Shown: positions 9,080 through 26,400 of the stretch, piece by piece
How positions within the stretch are numbered: position 1 is the first letter of the stretch
Layout: every line of letters starts with the position of its first letter
From: Myxococcota bacterium
Lineage (GTDB): Bacteria; Myxococcota; XYA12-FULL-58-9; JALHOP01
NCBI GenBank assembly: GCA_039809465.1
Contig: JBDHVB010000001.1
Coordinates: forward strand, 10,465-74,464
Direction of reading: 5' to 3'
DNA length: 64,000 bases
Translations under genes and position numbers: made by a program
Notes under the pieces: model-generated
What the model was told of the DNA's origin: nothing
Databases searched by the model: none
The model's input: the letters and a program-made list of their open reading frames with translations, nothing else

Positions 9080-9796
9080 ATGAGTCTCATCGCCATCGCC
9101 TCCGAGCTTCGCGACGCCGTGGATCGCCTGAAGTTCGCAAAGCCGATCACCCACGTTTACAACCCGCTCGCCTACGCCTGGGACGTCCACCGCAACTATC
9201 TGACGCGCTACGGCACAGCCGAGCAGCCGGTCATCTTGTTGGGGATGAACCCCGGTCCCTTCGGCATGGCTCAGACCGGCGTGCCCTTCGGGGAGGTGAG
9301 CATCGTGCGGGACTGGCTCCAGCTGAGCGGCGCGGTCACCAAGCCCAAGGTCGAGAACCCCAAGCGGCCGGTCGTTGGCCTTGCGTGTCCGAAGAGCGAG
9401 GTGAGCGGCGCCCGCCTCTGGGGTTGGGCACGTGACACCTTCAAGACCCCTACGGCCTTCTTCTCGCGCTTCTTCGTGGTGAACTACTGCCCGCTCGTCT
9501 TCATGGAAGAGAGCGGCAAGAACTTCACGCCCGACAAGCTCCCGGCCAAGGAGGCGAAGGCGCTCTACGACGTGTGCGACAAGGCGCTGCTCGCAACGGT
9601 GGAGCTGCTCCGCACGCCCATGGTCATCGGCGTGGGAGCGTTCGCGGAGGCGCGTGCCGCCGAGGCCCTGGAAGGCCGCGGGATACGCACCGGCCGCATC
9701 TTGCATCCGAGTCCGGCGAGCCCGCTCGCCAACCGTGGTTGGGCCGAAGCCGCTACTCGAGAGCTACGCGCATTGAATGTTCTGCCGCCGGATTGA
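9080..9796 (+). CDS. SMUG1-family single-strand-selective uracil-DNA glycosylase
   Basis: Diagnostic GMNPGPFGMAQTGVPF motif and C-terminal HPSPASP (HPSPRN-type) motif. The 3' end overlaps a convergent gene. Confidence 0.7.
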   Translation: MSLIAIASELRDAVDRLKFAKPITHVYNPLAYAWDVHRNYLTRYGTAEQPVILLGMNPGPFGMAQTGVPFGEVSIVRDWLQLSGAVTKPKVENPKRPVVGLACPKSEVSGARLWGWARDTFKTPTAFFSRFFVVNYCPLVFMEESGKNFTPDKLPAKEAKALYDVCDKALLATVELLRTPMVIGVGAFAEARAAEALEGRGIRTGRILHPSPASPLANRGWAEAATRELRALNVLPPD

Positions 9797-10190
9797 GCTC
9801 CTGCGTCAGGGTCGCGTCGAGCTCGTCTTCTTCGTGAAAACGGTCACCGGCGAGCACGCGATAGGCCGCGGCGCCAATGACCGCGCCGATGGCCAAGCTC
9901 AAGAACGTCTGGCCGCTGCGTGAGCCCGTGATGGCCCGGCCAATGACCACCGCCGCGCCCACTCCGACGAGCGTCATGGCTGCCGGGTGGCGGCGAACCT
10001 TGGTGACCAGCGACAGGGCGTGGTTACGCACCCCTTCCTTGGCCTCGGCGACGATGGCCTCGGGTTGCAGCTTGTTCTGAATGGCGACGAGCGTCTCGGT
10101 GAGCTCGGCCGTGGTCTCGCGGATGTCCTCGCGGATCTCCTCGGGGGCGCGGGTTTCACCGAAGAGAGGGTCGTTATTGGAGGAGCTCAT
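9753..10190 (-). CDS. DUF3618-like protein with C-terminal membrane anchor
   Basis: IREDIRETTAELTETLVAIQNKL coiled region followed by one TM helix. RBS gaagga. 4-nt overlap with the upstream partner. Confidence 0.4.
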   Translation of the reverse strand: MSSSNNDPLFGETRAPEEIREDIRETTAELTETLVAIQNKLQPEAIVAEAKEGVRNHALSLVTKVRRHPAAMTLVGVGAAVVIGRAITGSRSGQTFLSLAIGAVIGAAAYRVLAGDRFHEEDELDATLTQELNPAAEHSMRVALE

Positions 10191-10567
10191 GACAATTGTT
10201 CCTTCACTGTGGTTGCGGTTTCTTCGATCGACTTCTTGGTCTCGCTCTTGCCGTCTGGCACGCCGGCCTTGAGCAAGATGACGCCCGCCACGGCGGCGAT
10301 GACACCGACGATGAGCGCCGCGACCCACATGGGCATGCTCTGACCGAGACCGTAGACGGCGCCGAACAGCATGATGAGGACACCCGAGAAGAGCAGGGCC
10401 AAGCCGCTGAACGCCGCGAGCGCCGCCACCTTGAGGTCTTCCGCTTTGGCGGACAGCTCGGCGCGCGCTAGCTCGATCTCTTTTTTCACCAGCGATTTGG
10501 TCTCACCGGCGAGCTCGCTGAGGAGCTCGGGTAACGTGCGCTGATCCGGTTGAGTGCTCGATGCCAT
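10187..10567 (-). CDS. holin-X-like (Phage_holin_3_6-type) small membrane protein, non-phage context
   Basis: Charged helix KKEIELARAELSAKAEDLK followed by two TM helices. Architecture matches actinobacterial 'holin-X' proteins that pair with DUF3618. Confidence 0.4.
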   Translation of the reverse strand: MASSTQPDQRTLPELLSELAGETKSLVKKEIELARAELSAKAEDLKVAALAAFSGLALLFSGVLIMLFGAVYGLGQSMPMWVAALIVGVIAAVAGVILLKAGVPDGKSETKKSIEETATTVKEQLS

Positions 10568-10629
10568 TGGATTCCCCCCATGCGCCCCCCGCTCGATAGA
10601 GCAGGAAACGGGCCAAGCGCTAATTTCCC

Positions 10630-11427
10630 TTAGAAAGCCGTCATGAAGCCAAACATCGGGCCCGTGGAGCGGGAAGTGACGTCCGCGGATGGGGCACGTG
10701 GGGCATTTGGCGTCACTCGGTGCATCCAAGGCACGAGATAGCCAATGGCGACGCCCAAGGCGGCCCCGGCGATGACGTCGGTATAAAAGTGCCGGCCCGC
10801 CTGGGCGCGGGCGTAGCCGGTGAGGATGGTGAGGGCGGCGCCCAAGCCACCGACCGCGTAGCGCATGCCGCTGTCGGGGTGGCGCTCCGCGAAAGCAAAC
10901 GTGTACGCCGTGGCCGCCGCCGCCACCGACGAGGTGTGACCCGACGGGAACGAGAGCTGCTCCTCGACGAGCGTGATGTCGGTCTCGAGCACGTACTGCG
11001 AAGGGCGGGCGCGGCGCATCGAGTACTTGAGCAAGTTGGTGGCGAGCTGGCTGAGGAGCACGGTCTCCGTGAGCACGATGGCGTCCTTGCCCCAGCTGTC
11101 GAACGGACGGTCGTCGTTGGATGCATCGACGGCGGTCGCGCCCAGGATCAACGCGTAGGTGCCGTACTGAATGAAGTTGCTCGCCGTCCTCCAGCCGCTC
11201 GAGTGGTTGTCGAGCACTCTCTTGTCGAGCGCGTTGAGCTGCCCTGGGTCACACACGTCCTGTGTGACGACGCGGCAAGCGCGCACCCCGGTGATGCCCG
11301 GCTTCACCACTTGCTCGCCGATCAAATAGACGGTGGCCATGGCCCCGGTGGCCAGGCCGTCGGTTGTCCAGTCGACGTTGAACGGTGAGCCTTGGGCGAC
11401 GACGAGGGTGACGGCGAGTGCGATCAT
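10630..11427 (-). CDS. PAP2-superfamily phosphatase
   Basis: KYSMRRARP, PSGH and SR...HFYTDVIAG match PAP2 motifs I-III. Confidence 0.7.
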   Translation of the reverse strand: MIALAVTLVVAQGSPFNVDWTTDGLATGAMATVYLIGEQVVKPGITGVRACRVVTQDVCDPGQLNALDKRVLDNHSSGWRTASNFIQYGTYALILGATAVDASNDDRPFDSWGKDAIVLTETVLLSQLATNLLKYSMRRARPSQYVLETDITLVEEQLSFPSGHTSSVAAAATAYTFAFAERHPDSGMRYAVGGLGAALTILTGYARAQAGRHFYTDVIAGAALGVAIGYLVPWMHRVTPNAPRAPSADVTSRSTGPMFGFMTAF

Positions 11428-11519
11428 GACGGGGCACAATAACCCACGATGCGGCGGCGTGCGGAATGTTGCGCCTGGTTCGGGGCACACAAAATCGATG
11501 CCAGCCTGATTGTCGGTGT

Positions 11520-11535
11520 TGGCCCGGCACTTGCT
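11520..11535 (+). promoter_or_regulatory. candidate sigma54 (-24/-12) promoter TGGCCC-N5-TTGCT
   Basis: TGGCCCGGCACTTGCT fits TGGCAC-N5-TTGC with exact spacing, about 40 nt upstream of ATG 11574. GGAGGAG RBS at 11561. Confidence 0.45.
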
Positions 11536-11573
11536 CCACTGGGGACCTCGCTACGTCTCTGGAGGAGAATCGA

Positions 11574-12020
11574 ATGCTCGCCCGCGAAACCATGTCGAAC
11601 GGCTCCCACGCCGCGCCCGACCAAGAGAGCACGGCTGTGCTGGCGCAGCCATTGGTGCTCGTCGCTGACGACGATCCCGACTTTCGCGCGACGCTGGTCA
11701 GCGCGTTGTCACGCCTCAACCTGCGCGTCGCCGAGGTCGAGAGCGGCAATGCGCTCATCGCGGCGCTGGGTGGCGTCAAGAGCGGCACGGCGATGCCCGA
11801 CCTCGTCATCACCGACAATCACATGCCGGGTTGCAGTGGGTTGACCGCTTTGGCGATCATGCAGGAGTCAGGGCTCACGACGCCGGTGATCCTGATGACA
11901 GGCTTCCGCGATAGCGTTACGCAGAGCCGCGCCGAGCGTTACGGCGCCATCGCCATGCTGCGCAAGCCGTTCGAGCTCGAGGAGCTGCGCGAGATCATCT
12001 CCCGCGCGCTCTTGCCGTGA
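11574..12020 (+). CDS. single-domain response regulator (CheY-like receiver)
   Basis: LVLVADDDPDFR...ITDNHMPG...KPF receiver motifs. No output domain. Confidence 0.7.
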   Translation: MLARETMSNGSHAAPDQESTAVLAQPLVLVADDDPDFRATLVSALSRLNLRVAEVESGNALIAALGGVKSGTAMPDLVITDNHMPGCSGLTALAIMQESGLTTPVILMTGFRDSVTQSRAERYGAIAMLRKPFELEELREIISRALLP

Positions 12021-12055
12021 CCGAGATGAGTTGGGGCGCCGCTCGGTGAGGCGCC

Positions 12056-13531
<1,476 letters not shown>

Positions 13532-13623
13532 ATCCCCCCACCTGACGGGCTCAACAATAAGGACCACTTCCACATGTGGCAACACTGACGTGATCACCGA
13601 GGTTTTGATAAACGCCCGATTCC

Positions 13624-15417
13624 ATGGACATCGCTGACGAAACCCGGGCTCATCGCGACCTGACACGTACGCAACTCGCGGCGCTCGGCCGCCGCTCTTG
13701 GCTGGTCGCAAACGCCCGTCTGGTGGTGTTCCTTGGCGCCGCGGCGCTCGGCGTGGCGTTTGGCCTGGGCAAGGTCGGGCCATGGGCTCCGTATGGCGTT
13801 GGTGTGGGTGTTCTCGCTTATGTCGTATTGATCTTCGTGCATCGCGGGGTGGACGATCGCGAGCGGCGGGCGCGAGCCGGTATAGCGTACGACGATCGTC
13901 TGCTCGCCCGTCTGGCCGGCACTTGGCACGCCGCGCCGCGCGATGGAGCAGGATATGCGCCGGCTGGCCACCCGTACGCCAAGGACTTGGATGTCTTCGG
14001 CCGCGCGTCGTTGTTTCAGCTCTTGAACGAGACGCCGACCCGCTCGGGCGAGGAGCGGCTGGCGGGATGGCTCGCGGCTCCGGCTGATGCGCAGACCATC
14101 GCCGTCCGCCATGGCGCAGTGAGGTCGTTGGCGCCAAAGCTCGCGTTTCGCCGCGAGCTCTCCGTCGCGGCGGCGGCCGAGGGTGACGACAAGGTCGACC
14201 CGGCGGCGCTGGTGCGCTGGGCGGGAGACACGTCGTTGACCCTGGCGCCGGTGCGCTGGGCGCGCTTGGTGCCGTTCTTCTTGGTGCCGGCGACGCTGCT
14301 CACGTACCTCGCGTCACGCGAGGACATGCTGCCGCGGCTCGTGCCCATCGCCTTGCTGCTCGTGCAGATCGTCATCGCCGGCATGGTCCGGGGTCCCTTG
14401 TCGCACTTCTTCGTGGGCATCGCGATCGCGGACAGGAGCCTCGAGCGGCTACGCAAGACGCTCGCCCGCCTGGAGGCCGAGCCCTTCGACGAGCCGCACT
14501 TGGTTTCGCTGCGGCGCGGCGGCGGCGATACACCTGCCTCCGTGGCCTTGAAGAAGCTCGACTTCTGGTACGGCTTCGCCGAAGCGCGGCGCAGCCAACT
14601 CGGCCCCGTGTTGAACTTGCTGCTGCTCTGGGACCTGGTGATGCTCTGGCGCATCTCCGGCTGGCGCGACCGCTTCGGCGGACAAGTGGCGGCGTGGGTC
14701 TCGGGGCTCGCCGAGATCGAGGCTCTGTCGGCTCTCGCGGGGTTCGCGGCCGAGCACCCGCGCGCGGTCTATCCGGAGATCGTCGCCGGCGAGCCCACGC
14801 TGGAGGCGAAGGACCTCGCGCACCCCTTGCTGGACGCGCCCGTGCCCAACGACGTTAGTGTGTGCGGAAGCGGCCACGCGCTACTGCTCACCGGCTCGAA
14901 CATGTCCGGCAAGAGCACGCTGCTGCGCGCCGTCGGCGTGAACGTCGTGCTCGCTTTAGCGGGCGCCCCGGTCATCGCCTCGTCGATGCGCGTCTCGGTG
15001 CTACGCATGGCCACCAGCATGCGCGTCGAAGATTCCCTCGAGCGCGGCGTCTCGTTCTTCTACGCCGAAGTCCAACGCCTAAAGCTCGTCCTCGACATCG
15101 CCCGCGCCCACCCCGCCACCTGCCTCTGCCTACTCGACGAGCTCCTACTCGGCACCAACACCCGCGAACGCCAACTCGCCTCCCGCGAAATCGTCGGCCG
15201 CCTCCTCGAGACCGGCGCCATCGCCATGATCACGACCCACGACCTCGACCTCACGACCCTCGAAACAGAGACCCAGGGCCGCGTCGTGAACGCCCACTTC
15301 CGCGACCTGCTCGCGGAGGGAAAGATGGCCTTCGACTACAAGCTGCGGCCCGGCATCGTGGATACGACCAACGCATTGAAGGTGCTGGAGCTCGCGGGAA
15401 TTCCGGTGCGCGGCTGA
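13624..15417 (+). CDS. MutS-family ATPase (domain V only) with N-terminal transmembrane region
   Basis: GSNMSGKST Walker A. DELLLGTN..TTHD MutS ABC-ATPase motifs. Two or three N-terminal hydrophobic helices. No mismatch-binding domain. Confidence 0.65.
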   Translation: MDIADETRAHRDLTRTQLAALGRRSWLVANARLVVFLGAAALGVAFGLGKVGPWAPYGVGVGVLAYVVLIFVHRGVDDRERRARAGIAYDDRLLARLAGTWHAAPRDGAGYAPAGHPYAKDLDVFGRASLFQLLNETPTRSGEERLAGWLAAPADAQTIAVRHGAVRSLAPKLAFRRELSVAAAAEGDDKVDPAALVRWAGDTSLTLAPVRWARLVPFFLVPATLLTYLASREDMLPRLVPIALLLVQIVIAGMVRGPLSHFFVGIAIADRSLERLRKTLARLEAEPFDEPHLVSLRRGGGDTPASVALKKLDFWYGFAEARRSQLGPVLNLLLLWDLVMLWRISGWRDRFGGQVAAWVSGLAEIEALSALAGFAAEHPRAVYPEIVAGEPTLEAKDLAHPLLDAPVPNDVSVCGSGHALLLTGSNMSGKSTLLRAVGVNVVLALAGAPVIASSMRVSVLRMATSMRVEDSLERGVSFFYAEVQRLKLVLDIARAHPATCLCLLDELLLGTNTRERQLASREIVGRLLETGAIAMITTHDLDLTTLETETQGRVVNAHFRDLLAEGKMAFDYKLRPGIVDTTNALKVLELAGIPVRG

Positions 15418-15448
15418 TTGAACACCGAATGCCCGCCGCTACGCGCTT

Positions 15449-16327
15449 TCACGGAGCCGCGAAGTTCTCACGCATCCAAGCCACCAAACGGTCCATCAGG
15501 ACGCGGCGATCACGGATGAACGAATAGACGTGATCGGCGCGGTGGTAATACTCGCCGGTGACCGCTTTAGAAGACGCGAGGCGCGGGAACATCTCGAAGA
15601 GCTGCTCCTTGCCGTTGAAGCTGTGGTCGACCTCGCCGGTGTACGCGAAGAAGAGCTTCGTGCCCCGCTCCACCATGGCGTCGAATTGCTTGGCCAGCTC
15701 CTCGAGCGGCGGATACTCGCGCACGAAGATCTCGTCGACCTCACCGGTCTCGCGTACGCCCTTGGTGGCGGCTGCGTAGGTATAAATCCAGCGGCGGCGG
15801 ATGAAGCGCCGCCAGCGTGCCCACTGCAGCCAGCGGCTGGTCCAGTAGCGGCGCTTGTAGCCGCTGGTGCGGTAGGCGTAGCCGTCCAGGAAGACCGCGC
15901 CGACGACGTTCGGGTCGCGGACGCTCACGAGGTGCGCGGCATCGACGCCCGAGCACAACGACATCAGCACCAGGCGTTTCGCGCCCAAGCGCTCGTCCAC
16001 GAGCTTTGCCGCGTCCCCGAAGTCGAGCACGGCGCGCTCGATGTCGGAGACCGTCTCGCGGCGCGGCTCGCTGTCACCGAGCCCGGCGGTGTCGAAGCGC
16101 AAGGTCGCAAAGCCCGCCTCGGCGAGCTGGCGCGCGGTGTCGACCCACAGGCGGTACGGACCAACATGATGGTTGAGACCGACATTCGCGGCCAAGACCA
16201 CCGGCGCCCCAGCGATGGCCTTCTCGGGCGACGGCTCGGTGATGACGCCGACCAGTCCGCCGTGTGCGCCAAAACGGACAGCGCGCTCGCGGTATGCCGG
16301 TGCGGGCTTGATCTGGACGGCCGTCAT
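15449..16327 (-). CDS. alpha/beta-hydrolase-fold protein (paralogue 2), Cys at nucleophile-elbow position
   Basis: RFDTAGLGDSEP and LMSLCSGV (S-L-C-S-G elbow). 4-nt overlap with the upstream paralogue. Confidence 0.5.
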   Translation of the reverse strand: MTAVQIKPAPAYRERAVRFGAHGGLVGVITEPSPEKAIAGAPVVLAANVGLNHHVGPYRLWVDTARQLAEAGFATLRFDTAGLGDSEPRRETVSDIERAVLDFGDAAKLVDERLGAKRLVLMSLCSGVDAAHLVSVRDPNVVGAVFLDGYAYRTSGYKRRYWTSRWLQWARWRRFIRRRWIYTYAAATKGVRETGEVDEIFVREYPPLEELAKQFDAMVERGTKLFFAYTGEVDHSFNGKEQLFEMFPRLASSKAVTGEYYHRADHVYSFIRDRRVLMDRLVAWMRENFAAP

Positions 16328-17091
16328 TGTTCCTCGAGAGAACGCACGATGGTCTGCAGCGCCGCCATGGACAAGAGCGCCGCCTCCCGTTGCATGCCGC
16401 CCCCCGCGGCTTCGTCTCGCACTTCGACGCGCTTGGCGGCAAGCCCAGACGTGGTGAGGTGATCGACGAGCTGCTGGTGATCGGCGCGGCCCGTGCTCGA
16501 GACCACCACCGCCCGCTTGGCCTTCGGCGTCACGCTCAGCAGGTCGAGGCCGCGGGTGTCGCGGGCGAGCTGCTCGGGGAACGGGAAGCCGATGAGCTCA
16601 TCGGCCTGCTCGCCGTCGTGGTAGAGCAGGCGCGCGAACTTACGGACGGCGATGGCGGCGAGCTCGTCGACGTATGGGCCGCCCTTCACGACCGGCTCCC
16701 AACGTACGAGATCGCGGACGGCGAGGCCTTCGGCGGCTGCCTTGGCGGCGAGGGTCGCGCCCAGCCGCAGGCCCACCACCGAGACGTGATTCACGCCCGC
16801 CATGTCCTTGAGCTCGGCCGCGGCGATGCCGATGTCCTTGTTCCAGATGTCGAGCGCCGCCTCGTTGCTGTCGCCGGCCGAGTCCCCGGTGGCGTAATAG
16901 TCGAAGCGCAGGGCGTGGAAGCCACGCTGCGATAGCAGAGTCGCGAGCCTCCGCATCGCCCAGTGCGTGCGCATGTACTCCTGCGGCGCCGGGTAGCAGA
17001 GCAATACCCCGAGGTCGCGTGGGGCCGCGCGGGGTGGGTGGTAGACGCCGTAGAGCTGTCGTTCAGACGGCCCGAAGTAGACTGGATTCAT
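16324..17091 (-). CDS. alpha/beta-hydrolase-fold protein (paralogue 1), Arg at nucleophile-elbow position
   Basis: RFDYYATGDSAGD and VVGLRLGATLAA (G-L-R-L-G). Start lies 7 nt downstream of the NRPS stop. Confidence 0.5.
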   Translation of the reverse strand: MNPVYFGPSERQLYGVYHPPRAAPRDLGVLLCYPAPQEYMRTHWAMRRLATLLSQRGFHALRFDYYATGDSAGDSNEAALDIWNKDIGIAAAELKDMAGVNHVSVVGLRLGATLAAKAAAEGLAVRDLVRWEPVVKGGPYVDELAAIAVRKFARLLYHDGEQADELIGFPFPEQLARDTRGLDLLSVTPKAKRAVVVSSTGRADHQQLVDHLTTSGLAAKRVEVRDEAAGGGMQREAALLSMAALQTIVRSLEEQ

Positions 17092-17098
17092 GCTCTCG

Positions 17099-23418
<6,320 letters not shown>

Positions 23419-23422
<4 letters not shown>

Positions 23423-26400
23423 GCGTTCACCTGCATGTACTTGCCGGGCTCGTTGGGATTCGGGACGAACCACGCCGGCCGGCCGTCGCGGTCCTTGCCA
23501 AGGCGGGCGCCTGGCACCGGGGGGTTGCTCGCGTCTAGGGCCTGAGGCTCGCTCTCCGCTTTGCCCGGGAGGAGATCGCCGGCGATGAGCTCGCGGGTCG
23601 ACTCCTTGACGATGGCGATCATGCGGTCCACGTCGGCGTCGCTGTGCGCGAGCGTCATGAAGCACGGGAAGCCGTCGAGGATGTGCAGGCCCTTATCACG
23701 CATGGTGACGAACAAGAGGTCGCCGTAGGGCTGATCGGCCGTGAACATGATCTTCCAGAGCGAGGCGAAGCGCTTCACCTTGATGGGCGTGCCGATGTCC
23801 TCGAAGAACTTGTTGAGCTCGGCCTGGAATCGCTCCGCTTTGGCGGTCACGCCCTTCTGCACCGATGGGCCATGGGTCTTGAAGTACTCGCAGACCGCTT
23901 TGGCGGCCACCAGCGCGAACGGGTGGCGCACGAAGGTCCCGGCGAAGTACGTGACGCCGACCGGCGGCGTCGAGTCGTCGCCGAACTGCCAGAAGCCGCC
24001 GTCGAGGGCGTCGAGCCAGGCGCGCTTACCGGCGATGACGCCGATGGGCATGCCGCCGCCGATGACCTTGCCGTAGGTGCCGATGTCCGCTTTGACGCCG
24101 TAGTACTCCTGAGCCCCGCCGGGCCCCATGCGCAGACCGGTGATGACCTCGTCGAAGATGAGCGCGGCGCCCGCCTTCTCGGTGATCTCGCGCAGCGCCT
24201 GCACGAACTCGCGCGGCGCGAAGTCCGGCCGGCGGCTCTGGATGGGCTCGATCATGACGGCGGCGAGCTCGTGGGCGCGCTCGCGGATGATCTTCAATGA
24301 CTCGTCGGTGCCGTAGTCGAGCACCAGCACGTTGGCCACGCCCTCGGGCATGATGCCGGGCGCCGCGGGGAGCGAGCGCAGCGTCTTGGTACCACGCACC
24401 AACACCTCGTCGAAGATGCCGTGGTAGCTGCCGGTGAAGATGGCGATGGTCTTACGGCCGGTGACGGTGCGCGCGATGCGCATCGCGCCCATGACGGCCT
24501 CCGAGCCGGTGTTGCACCAGCCCGCGCGGTCGGCGCCGATGAGCTCGCAGAAGAGCTTGGCGACCTCGCCGGCGAGCACGTGCTGCGGCCCTAGCTCGTA
24601 ACCTTTGTCGAGCTGCTCGCGGATCGCCTTGGTGATGAAGTCGGGGCTGTTGCCGAAGAAGTTCGAGCCGAAGCCATTGAGCGCGTCGATGTACTCGTTG
24701 CCGTCGATGTCCCAGAGGCGGCAGCCCTTCGAGCGGTCGACGACGATTTGGTAGACCAGCTCCTTGGTGAGCGGCCTAAAGCCGGTGACGACGCGGGGGT
24801 CGGCCAAGTGTGGCCGGTGCTCGGTGGTGTACGCCTTCGACTTGGCGGTCTTTTGAGTATAGCGGCGGATGAGCGCGTCGAGGCGGGCTTGCTGCTTGGG
24901 GGTGAGGCTGCCGTCGCTGGTGGTGGTGATGCGGGCGATGGCGCCGAAGGCTTTTTTGACGTCGTACTTTTGGGTGGCTTTGATTTCGTCGTCGGCTTCA
25001 GCGGACTTGGGAGCGGTCGTCGGCGATCGGTGATCGGCAATCGGCGATCGGCCATCGGTCATCGGCAATCGGCTGTCGGCTATCGGCTGTCGGCCATCGG
25101 CGATCGGCAATCGGCCGTCGGCAATCGGCTGTCGGCCATCGGCAGCCATCGGCATCGCCATCATCGGCTGCCCCCCCATCAACGCCAACTGCTGCTGCAT
25201 CACCCTCAGCTGCGCATCGATGAGCTGCCGCAGCGGATCCCCCCCAGCCATCGGCGCGCTCATCATCATCGGCTGCTGCGCAAACATCATCGGCGCGGCC
25301 TGCTGCACTGGCATCTGCGCAGGAGCAGCGGAGGGCTGCGGTGCCGGCGCGGGAGCCGCGACCCCCGCCCCACTCGCCTCGAGGTGCTCGACCAGCGCCC
25401 CCAGCGAGCCAAAATTCTCCGTAAGCTGACGGAAAGTGACCTTCACCCCAAAGGTCTGCTGCACCTTGAGCGCGAGCTGCGTGAGCAGGAGCGAGTCGAC
25501 ACCAAGCTCGAAGAACGACGCGCCAGGATCCGCGCTCGCGAGATCGAGACCCGACACGTCTTCGAACGCGCGCTTCAACGCTTCGAGGGTTGCATCTGAC
25601 TTGGCCATCACTGGACTCTCCTGGACCGGTTGCACGGGGGGTTGTGCAATCACTTCAATAGGCGGCGCCGCGGCGGGTTGTGCTGCCGTCTGAGCAACGG
25701 CGGCATCGACCCAGTGGCGCTTGCGATCGAACGGATAGGTTGGGAGCGCGACGCGGCGCACGTCCTCGTCGGCGTAGACCCGCGACCAGTCGATGGGCGC
25801 GCCCCAGGTCCACATCTGGGCGAGCGCGTTCTGGAAGGCGCTGTCCTCGTCGTCCTCGACGAGACCCTCGGCGAGGCTCGCGACCACGCGGCCCCTGCCC
25901 TTCTCGGCTGGCTGCTGGCGCGCGAGCTGTGACAAGGCGTTGCGCGGCCCGCACTCGAGGAGCAGGCGCGCATCGTCGACAGCGATGGTCGCCATGGCGT
26001 CGACGAAGCGCACCGTGTTGCGCAAGTGGGTGGTCCAGTACTCGACGTCGCACGCGGTCTTGGCGTCGACCCAGGCGCCGTGCACCGTCGAGGCGAACGG
26101 GATGGTCGGCTCCGAGAGCTTGATGGTCTTGACGGTGTCGCGGAACGGCGGCAGCGCGGCGTCCATCATCGCGGAGTGGAAGGCGTGCGAGGTGTGCAGG
26201 GTCTTGGCGGCCACGCCCTTCGCCGCGAGCTTCTCGGCGAAGGCGTTGATGGCTTCGGTTGGGCCCGAGACCACCGAGAGCATCGGCGCGTTCACCGTGG
26301 CGATCGACACGCCGGGCGGCAGCTCCTTGGCGAGCTCGGCCTCGGTCATGCGCACCGACATCATGCTCCCCGGCTGCATCGAGGCCATGAGCCGGCCGCG

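Noticed and set aside
8617-9706. 272-aa (+) and 235-aa (-) ORFs overlapping the PGPGW and SMUG genes
   Set aside because: They conflict with motif-bearing genes. No homology signal.
10187-10567. Holin-like gene as evidence of a prophage
   Set aside because: No flanking phage structural, lysis or integrase genes. The neighbours are repair and phosphatase genes.
14862-15527. 221-aa RP-rich ORF over the 3' end of the MutS-like gene
   Set aside because: Poly-R/P low complexity. An alternative frame of the MutS ATPase domain.
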